IMG/VR virus record: IMGVR_UViG_3300037346_000668
Location: 1 to 64,000 of that record
Length of the DNA: 64,000 bases
DNA from: a virus
Reading direction: 5' to 3' (one strand)
The notes beneath the pieces were generated by a model, which had not been told where the DNA came from, made no database searches, and was given only the letters and a program-made list of their open reading frames with translations. Made by a program: the position numbers and the translations under genes. Shown piece after piece: positions 57,151 to 64,000 of the stretch; the stretch's first letter is position 1, and every line of letters begins with the position of its first letter.

Positions 57151-59367
57151 TTATTGATTATTTGTTAAACTCTTTCCTATTACATCAACCTGGAATTTAA
57201 GATTATTTGCATCTATGCAAACTATATCGAAAACAGGTTCATATTCATGGGAAGCAAATATAGCATCGTCAAAAGATATTATAGTTGTTGAATATGGGGA
57301 CATTGTTGGATTTGAAATAGGATATTTACCAAGTGAATTAGTAAGAACCTTCATTATATAACTTCCAGGATATATCTTATCGCCAAATGATAATCTAAAT
57401 CTTTGTCCGTTTTTCCAATTAATAACACCATCACTGATTCTTATTGTCAAATCCCCAGTTAGTGTTAATGGGGTTGAATTATTTACGTGCTTATAATAAT
57501 TGGAAAAATCCAAAAGGTTTATTATATTGTCGCCATTCTGTGTAAATGTACCAACACCTAATGTGTCCAGCATATTAAAGTCCTGGCTAGAATTAACAAT
57601 AGTAACCTGATTCGGTGTCGATCTATCTAATATAACTCCAGATCCTTGTTTTAGAAGATCCAAATTATAGGAAACTTCCACGCTTGTTTCGTTATTAATA
57701 ACAGCTCTTATTAAATCATAATTTTGATTTATAAGACCCATAACTGCTTGTGTATTATTAAAAAGAGCCTGATTAGCTGCAAATGCTTGTTCTAGCTGGA
57801 ATATTCTTCTATCTATATTTGTTGTGGTCGAAGACGATAATGTTATATTTTCCAGATTAGTAACTCTATTACTAAGATCTATAAATTCGGTTGCAGCATT
57901 ATTCAATGTTGAGCTTGCATCTTGTAGCACATTCATGGAGTCCATAAACATCGATAAAGAGAATGGAGAATAATCATTTATTGCTTGCTCGACACCAGTC
58001 TGATCTATGTCTGTATCGAATTTAAGATTTATTTTAAATCCATATGAATTACCATTCAGTTTGGTTACTGGATTAGGCCTATATTTATCAAGTCTCGGTA
58101 TAAATACATCACCACTGGAGCTGTTAACATCATCAAGGAATAATACACCATATAAATTCGTTGCTGCTGTTGCCGGTGTTGCTGGATCATATACATCATA
58201 ATATATAAGGATAGCGTTAAATTCAAAGTCAGTAGAATCTGCTGTTGCGTTAAATTCTTCGAGTGTAGATATATTAGGATTACTGATTATACCTTGATAT
58301 GAGCTTGGATCAAAATCTATACCAATCGAATCAAGCTTACTTCTAACATATGTTACATCTATAAGACCAGTGGATTTATTTATAATATAATTTGATGGAT
58401 CGGTAAAAGCTGATTGCGAGTCAGTAAAATATGTATTTGCGGTATCCCTTGGTGAATACCAATTACCTGCATATCCTGTTCCTGTATATGTGTCAATATA
58501 TGATGAGGTTGGTGAACCAAGTACATCATCATCAAATATAGCAAGATTAGTAAGTCCGCTAGGATTAGTTTCATCATAGTTTCTACCAAATAAATACTCA
58601 TCATTTAAAGGATTTGATGGATTGTTTGTCCATTGATAATCCGGGTAATAGTTTGTATCGACCACATTTTTAAATAATACTGTTGGTGAATTACCATCCT
58701 TGGTTGGTATATACACATAAACTTCCGAATATGTATTGGTTGAATTTTTTACTGAATTCACAATATCGAGACTACCGACATATTGTACAACCCTATTATA
58801 TCCAGCACCAGTCATACCATAAGATCCAGTTGTTCCCGCGGGAGCATCACCTTCAACATACCTTTTCTGCGTTACTGGTAATCCTGCAGAATCATAGGTT
58901 ACATTCGTCTGATTCAATGATCCGGAAACCTCGGTTGGATTTGCATTTCTCCATCTGATAGCTCCAATCTCCTTTAGCCATTTAAAGAATATTCTTTCCG
59001 ATACATTTTGCTTAAGAGTGGAATCGTATTCATCAGTTCCTGTTATGGTAGATTCTACATTCAAACAATAGCTTTGAAAACTCTGGGAAAAATCTATATT
59101 TCCATTTCCTGTTATAATTATACCGGTAGTATTTGCATAATCAAGGAATGCACTATCCGGTGCATTCAATTTAACATAATTAGAAAATCCACCAGTAGTA
59201 CCAGTACCGTCATCAAAGTTAGGTATATTTAGAAGTGCAAACTTAGAAAATCTAAATTTATTGGATGTATTATTAAACGTGAAAGAAAGATCCTCAGCAG
59301 AGGAAGAAAAACTGTAAAATGTACCACCCTGTACCTGGAGTGGTCTGATAAATGGGGTTTTTGCCAT
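57151..59367 (-). CDS. Putative structural protein
   Basis: 738 aa; coiled coil LSNRVTNLE..RIFQLE; structural cluster. Confidence 0.6.
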   Translation of the reverse strand: MAKTPFIRPLQVQGGTFYSFSSSAEDLSFTFNNTSNKFRFSKFALLNIPNFDDGTGTTGGFSNYVKLNAPDSAFLDYANTTGIIITGNGNIDFSQSFQSYCLNVESTITGTDEYDSTLKQNVSERIFFKWLKEIGAIRWRNANPTEVSGSLNQTNVTYDSAGLPVTQKRYVEGDAPAGTTGSYGMTGAGYNRVVQYVGSLDIVNSVKNSTNTYSEVYVYIPTKDGNSPTVLFKNVVDTNYYPDYQWTNNPSNPLNDEYLFGRNYDETNPSGLTNLAIFDDDVLGSPTSSYIDTYTGTGYAGNWYSPRDTANTYFTDSQSAFTDPSNYIINKSTGLIDVTYVRSKLDSIGIDFDPSSYQGIISNPNISTLEEFNATADSTDFEFNAILIYYDVYDPATPATAATNLYGVLFLDDVNSSSGDVFIPRLDKYRPNPVTKLNGNSYGFKINLKFDTDIDQTGVEQAINDYSPFSLSMFMDSMNVLQDASSTLNNAATEFIDLSNRVTNLENITLSSSTTTNIDRRIFQLEQAFAANQALFNNTQAVMGLINQNYDLIRAVINNETSVEVSYNLDLLKQGSGVILDRSTPNQVTIVNSSQDFNMLDTLGVGTFTQNGDNIINLLDFSNYYKHVNNSTPLTLTGDLTIRISDGVINWKNGQRFRLSFGDKIYPGSYIMKVLTNSLGKYPISNPTMSPYSTTIISFDDAIFASHEYEPVFDIVCIDANNLKFQVDVIGKSLTNNQ

Positions 59368-59384
59368 TTTGTTTTTTTATTTTA

Positions 59385-60290
59385 TTATGCTGTTATATTA
59401 CTAGATCCAAGAACTATCCAAGATCCATTTTGCGACGTTTGTCCTTTACCAACTCTAGGCTCCCATTGAAGAGATATAGAAGATCTATATGCCTTACCGG
59501 CAGGAGAAGTTATACCAAGTGAATTAAATCCACCATATAGAGCGGACGTATTAAATCCTGTATAATAACTAGTAGATCCAGTAACACCAGTTACAATATA
59601 TCCAGCGGATGCTGATGTGTTAATAATCGTTATTCTTGTTCCTGCAGCTATATTAGGAACTGTTCCGCCTACAGGCGAAACACCATCACAAACTTTCATA
59701 TAAAACCCAGGGGAAGCGCAATTAGCATATATAACGTCCTCCAATCCGGTTATTGCATAAGGCGCATTCACACTGGAAACTACACCACCGCCACCTGACG
59801 CGTTATTAGGAAATAACTGACCAACAGTAGCACCATTAACAAAGGTTGTATTTTGGCTTGTTATTCTACCTTGTGGACCTAATAAAAGAGCACTATTTAC
59901 TCCTAATTGACCATTATAAGATGCAGTTCCCCCAATAATAAAAACTGAGCCAGATCCAAATGTAACAGTTCCGTTTGCGACTAAAGTCCCCGATGCTGTA
60001 AATGTTGTTGTTTGAATGCTTGCAAATGATGCCGCTCCTGTGCTATTAATAGAAGCTGTTGCTGTTCCACTCGCAGGTAACGATAATGAATCAAATCTTC
60101 CTATCTTTGCTTGTACTTTACCAGTAGATGCAGCGGAAAGATCCAATATTCCATTCGTTGTGTCTATACCAAAAACACTAACATATCCGTTTATCCAATT
60201 TTGGAGTGTAAGAAAGTTAGAATTTAGGGTTACTCTTGATCCCGAAATAGCATCGGATCCTAAGATTTCATTAATGTTTACTGTTGCCAT
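59385..60290 (-). CDS. Putative fibre/structural protein
   Basis: 301 aa, G/S/T/A-rich; N-terminal GSD..SRVTLNSNF related to fibre N-termini; GATATATA at 60319-60326. Confidence 0.6.
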   Translation of the reverse strand: MATVNINEILGSDAISGSRVTLNSNFLTLQNWINGYVSVFGIDTTNGILDLSAASTGKVQAKIGRFDSLSLPASGTATASINSTGAASFASIQTTTFTASGTLVANGTVTFGSGSVFIIGGTASYNGQLGVNSALLLGPQGRITSQNTTFVNGATVGQLFPNNASGGGGVVSSVNAPYAITGLEDVIYANCASPGFYMKVCDGVSPVGGTVPNIAAGTRITIINTSASAGYIVTGVTGSTSYYTGFNTSALYGGFNSLGITSPAGKAYRSSISLQWEPRVGKGQTSQNGSWIVLGSSNITA

Positions 60291-60403
60291 TTTTTTTTTA
60301 TTTGTTTTTTAAGTGAAATATATATCTATATTCAAATCAACACTGCAATTAAACTTCGATGTTATTTGAAAAAGTTCTTATTAAACAAAAAAACAAGAAA
60401 AAG

Positions 60404-61177
60404 ATGCCAAGAAAAAAAGCAAAAAATGAACAGATCCAGGTTAAAGTTGAGAAAAACCAAGCTAAATCAACAAAGGTTGTAAAAGCAGAGGGTTTACCAA
60501 AAGGACCAATTCTTCAGAAGGATGATTTCAATCACATTAAATTCACAGATTCTCAGCTAAAGTTTTTTAGGACAATAGAGAATAACTTTCTAACAGTTTG
60601 CACAGGTCCAGCAGGGACAGCAAAAACATTTGTGGCATGTTATGCAGCTCTTGATCTAATAAGAAAGGGTGAGCATTCAAAAATAATTCTGGCAAGACCA
60701 GCTGTTGAATCTGGTGAGAATTTAGGGTTTCTACCAGGATCCGTTGACGAGAAAATAGCTCCATATATGGAGGGTTATATTTCCAATATGGAAAAAATAC
60801 TTAAAACTAAGGAAAAAATAAAGTTGATGACAGACACGAAAACTATCGATATGCAGCCCTTAGCCTTTATGAGAAGTAGAACATTTGATGATACGATATT
60901 AATCCTGGACGAAGCACAAAATGCAGATCTTAGACAAATAATGCTTGTATTAACAAGGATGGGACACAATTCACGTATAATTATATGTGGTGATATAACA
61001 CAATGGGATTTAAAAGCAAGAAAAAAGGACCTACTTACATTTTCAGAAAAGGTAGCAAAAGGAGTAGGTCAATGTGATTCTTTTGTTTTCACCAGGGAAG
61101 ATATAGTTAGAAATCCAATACTTATAGAGCTTACTGATAATTATGAAAAATACAAGGAGGAAAACAATTTGGATTAA
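60404..61177 (+). CDS. phoH: PhoH-family ATPase
   Basis: GPAGTAKT, RPAVE, LGFLPG, AFMRSRTF, DEAQN, GDITQ, DIVRN; start taken at ATG 60404. Confidence 0.93.
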   Translation: MPRKKAKNEQIQVKVEKNQAKSTKVVKAEGLPKGPILQKDDFNHIKFTDSQLKFFRTIENNFLTVCTGPAGTAKTFVACYAALDLIRKGEHSKIILARPAVESGENLGFLPGSVDEKIAPYMEGYISNMEKILKTKEKIKLMTDTKTIDMQPLAFMRSRTFDDTILILDEAQNADLRQIMLVLTRMGHNSRIIICGDITQWDLKARKKDLLTFSEKVAKGVGQCDSFVFTREDIVRNPILIELTDNYEKYKEENNLD

Positions 61178-64000
61178 TTATTTATCATCTCTAAATGTTG
61201 CATCAGGATTATTATATACAGTAAATTCAGCTCCAAAAGGAATAACCCCATCTCTAAGTATGGCAGCTTGCTCAGCAGCAAGATCCTTGGATAATTTATG
61301 AACCTGATAATCTCTTCCAGGAAAAACTTCTGGCTCACCATAATCAAAAGAATTAACAAAATCCGGACGTCTATCGTCCGGATTTTTTTGTTTATGATCT
61401 ATAACTTCTATATAGCCAGGATTTGTCTGTATGTACACGTTACCTGCCGCGTCCTCAACGCTATTATAAATTGTATAGTTACCAGGGGTTGTGAAAGTAT
61501 AGATGAAATAAGGTGTGTTCTTTACGTTTAAAATCTCATCCCCTGTTATAGAATTACTAAGTATCCACTTATTATTTTGTTTTCCATAAATGTTTGAAGC
61601 ATAATTATTAAAAACCACAGTGGTCATAAGAGGTATTTGCATCCCACTGTCCGTTGAATGAACATCGCACCATGTCCATGCCCCCGATCCAGGTCTGGAT
61701 ATGATTTGTCCCATATTGAGTCCAAGCTCAGCTTTATATTTTTTACTTAATAAACTAAAACCAGTATTTGATGGTAAAAAGATATAGCTATCACCCTGAA
61801 CATCCTCATAATTAGCATAATAACCAGACATAAAAAGATTTCCACCCTCATCAGAAGATAGCGTAAATGATGTAACATCGGCTTCACCAAAATTAATAGC
61901 ATTTAATATTATTCCATTCAAATCAGTTTTTATAACATGTCTATATGCGTCTATGAATTGAGGGGCATCAGACCTTCTATATGCTATATAATATTGATCA
62001 TCACCAGATAGAGCAACATCGGTAAGATATGTGGTTGATGATGGGATATCAATAAATGTAGTATAGAATGTTTTTGGTGTTCCCTGCTCTGTTATACCTG
62101 ACGTTAAAAAATAAGTTCCTTCTGTTGACGTATCTGCAACGAAATTGTTTCCGAAATAACTACCTGATGCACCAAATTCAGTAGTTATATAATATATTGA
62201 TTGATTATTGGAAACTTTTGGTAGATACAAAGATCCGGTTTTACCGTTCAGATACCCACCGGTTAAACCAGTTCCTGTACTGTCAACTATTAAATAAAAC
62301 TGTGTATAAGTATTCTCAGTAGCAATGAAATCAACACCACACATATTAAAGGATCTATTAGAGTTCCCGGTTATTAATGTACTCGAATCATTATGCATCG
62401 ATTTGGTACTGCTTATATTTTTAATCGATTGTATAGAAGCTCCTGTCTGATAGGTTGTTGAATCGGCAGTGGTCATTAGTGATAGATCCTCAGCCGACAA
62501 ACGAACATAGGATAAAACGCTGTCACCAGACCAGGTTTGTGATATATTATAAGGGACACCTAATATTTTTTCAGATGTATAATAGTCATCATTACTTCTT
62601 TTCCATAAATTCTTCAGTGTAGAAACATCCGCAGTTTGTATGGCTGGCCTACTGGCTGATAAGTTGATGTACGATTTGATGATGAGGTTTATTGAATACT
62701 TAGTTATATCAATTTTTGTTTCCTTCAAATCGGTTCTTCTTGATTCATATTTTGCTGGAAAATGACGAAATCCTAATCCTCTATATGATTTTCTAATATC
62801 GCTAAGATAATTAGAATTAATTCCTAGACCTGTAAACGATGTAGTATTCCCAAGATCTCTACCAATTTTAGCAACAAATGGACTGTTACAAATTATCAAA
62901 CTGGTATCCCAGTATTGTGTTCTTGTATTTAATAAACTAACGCTCGGAAAAACACCGCTCTTTGTAGAATAGAAAAGAAAATCTGAAACATCACCAATAG
63001 TGGGTATAAATGATCCTGTTGCACCTGATGCATAACTAACATTGAATTTAAGTCCAGAAATACCAATAATACTCTCAATAGATTCTATAATATAGGAAAC
63101 CCCACCAACAACACTTGTTATACTTATAACGTTTCCAGTAACAAAATTCTGGAGTTGTAATGCTTGATTGCCATTAATGTCGATATAATTGAATGTTATT
63201 GAAGCAACATCCTCAAATGTTTGATTTGGACCCTGAGCTATAGAAAAACCTGCTGATATAGGTGGATATGCGGTTCCAAATTCCCACGAGCCACCTGTTA
63301 TCACACTATCCAAAGATACCCACGGGAATTCAGAGGCATATTGATTATAATAATTGACATTTGTTAGCCCAGCTGGAGCTCCGGTCGGGCCACCTCTTGA
63401 TATATTTTCACTCTCTAATGAATCCCAAATATATGGGCCATCCTCGATAAATCTTGAGAAATATCCAGAAACCGCTACAAAATTATCATTCTCAGAAGGA
63501 GCTATATCTTGTACATAAGTTCTATATCCTCTAAATGGTAGCATAGTATCAACCGCTCCATATTCATTATAACAAACAACAAATCCCATTACACCATAAT
63601 CAAGAGAGCTTAACCCAGCACTCGAATAATATGTCTTACCTCCCAGAGTTGGATTTAGATTTTTTAAACTTGCTGGATTCCCATTATAATCATATCCAAA
63701 TATTGCTTCAACATTTCCAGTTAAATTACCACCAATATAATATTTTATTCCATGTCTCGTTTTAATAGTAGTCGAGCATGTTATGGACATACTCCCTGGA
63801 CTAATCCCGGTAAATGGATTAGGCGGAGAAAATTTATTTAATTGTATCTGTTCATTAAAATATGGAGAATCTATATTATCAGAAAGTTGCTTTTCCTCAA
63901 AAGTTTCAATTGGCCAATTGTTCCAATATGGTTGCTTTCCTGCGCTACCGTCAGCTATATCGCTAAGCTTAGTTGTAAGGAAAAGGTTTCTTTCATCCAA
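61178..64000 (-). CDS. Large putative structural protein (5' end beyond window), PKD/Ig-like C-terminal motif
   Basis: Open frame to the window edge; beta-rich; YTFTTPGNYTI. Confidence 0.6.
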   Translation of the reverse strand: MDERNLFLTTKLSDIADGSAGKQPYWNNWPIETFEEKQLSDNIDSPYFNEQIQLNKFSPPNPFTGISPGSMSITCSTTIKTRHGIKYYIGGNLTGNVEAIFGYDYNGNPASLKNLNPTLGGKTYYSSAGLSSLDYGVMGFVVCYNEYGAVDTMLPFRGYRTYVQDIAPSENDNFVAVSGYFSRFIEDGPYIWDSLESENISRGGPTGAPAGLTNVNYYNQYASEFPWVSLDSVITGGSWEFGTAYPPISAGFSIAQGPNQTFEDVASITFNYIDINGNQALQLQNFVTGNVISITSVVGGVSYIIESIESIIGISGLKFNVSYASGATGSFIPTIGDVSDFLFYSTKSGVFPSVSLLNTRTQYWDTSLIICNSPFVAKIGRDLGNTTSFTGLGINSNYLSDIRKSYRGLGFRHFPAKYESRRTDLKETKIDITKYSINLIIKSYINLSASRPAIQTADVSTLKNLWKRSNDDYYTSEKILGVPYNISQTWSGDSVLSYVRLSAEDLSLMTTADSTTYQTGASIQSIKNISSTKSMHNDSSTLITGNSNRSFNMCGVDFIATENTYTQFYLIVDSTGTGLTGGYLNGKTGSLYLPKVSNNQSIYYITTEFGASGSYFGNNFVADTSTEGTYFLTSGITEQGTPKTFYTTFIDIPSSTTYLTDVALSGDDQYYIAYRRSDAPQFIDAYRHVIKTDLNGIILNAINFGEADVTSFTLSSDEGGNLFMSGYYANYEDVQGDSYIFLPSNTGFSLLSKKYKAELGLNMGQIISRPGSGAWTWCDVHSTDSGMQIPLMTTVVFNNYASNIYGKQNNKWILSNSITGDEILNVKNTPYFIYTFTTPGNYTIYNSVEDAAGNVYIQTNPGYIEVIDHKQKNPDDRRPDFVNSFDYGEPEVFPGRDYQVHKLSKDLAAEQAAILRDGVIPFGAEFTVYNNPDATFRDDK

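Noticed and set aside
495-61531. Many 60-190 aa ORFs antisense or out of frame within long genes (e.g. 13447-14013, 22011-22442, 37830-38222)
   Set aside because: Shadow frames of well-supported genes with no recognisable motifs
1-64000. Stop-codon reassignment as in some Bacteroidota jumbo phages
   Set aside because: Known genes are full length in the standard code, and TAG (e.g. 10832, 27588, 36755) and TGA (11145, 46349) end genes at sensible positions
1-64000. CRISPR array, tRNA or rRNA genes
   Set aside because: No spaced repeats or cloverleaf-like GC stems seen; intergenic gaps are short and AT-rich; tRNAscan was not run

Overview
AT-rich, densely coding 64 kb segment of a large (jumbo-type) T4-like tailed phage, mostly on the minus strand. 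Standard genetic code appears to be used (genes end in TAA, TAG and TGA). 1-37 kb holds replication, repair and nucleotide genes: a family B DNA polymerase split into two genes about 16 kb apart, probable sliding clamp, two topoisomerase II subunits, primase, SSB, UvsW, UvsY, RuvC-like resolvase, NrdAB, dUTPase/dCTPase, Adk, UvsE and an MBD4-like glycosylase. These are interleaved with DnaJ, glycosyltransferases, a RimK-protease fusion, a Hef-like homing endonuclease and many small ORFs. 37-64 kb holds large tail/baseplate-type genes and PhoH. An Hc1-like gene, a DUF4494-like gene, TAnnTTTG promoters and A-rich leaders lacking Shine-Dalgarno sites suggest a Bacteroidota host (inference). Main finding: about 14 unrelated proteins share an N-terminal T4 capsid-targeting-like peptide (hxxF/YxxF..xE), and most sit behind a GATATATA late-promoter motif. 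They include a Pol-beta nucleotidyltransferase whose neighbour is an Rnl2-type ligase/HxGH nucleotidyltransferase fusion, RimK-protease and Adk. This points to a virion-packaged, injected enzyme cargo. Family assignments come from motif recognition only; no database searches were run.
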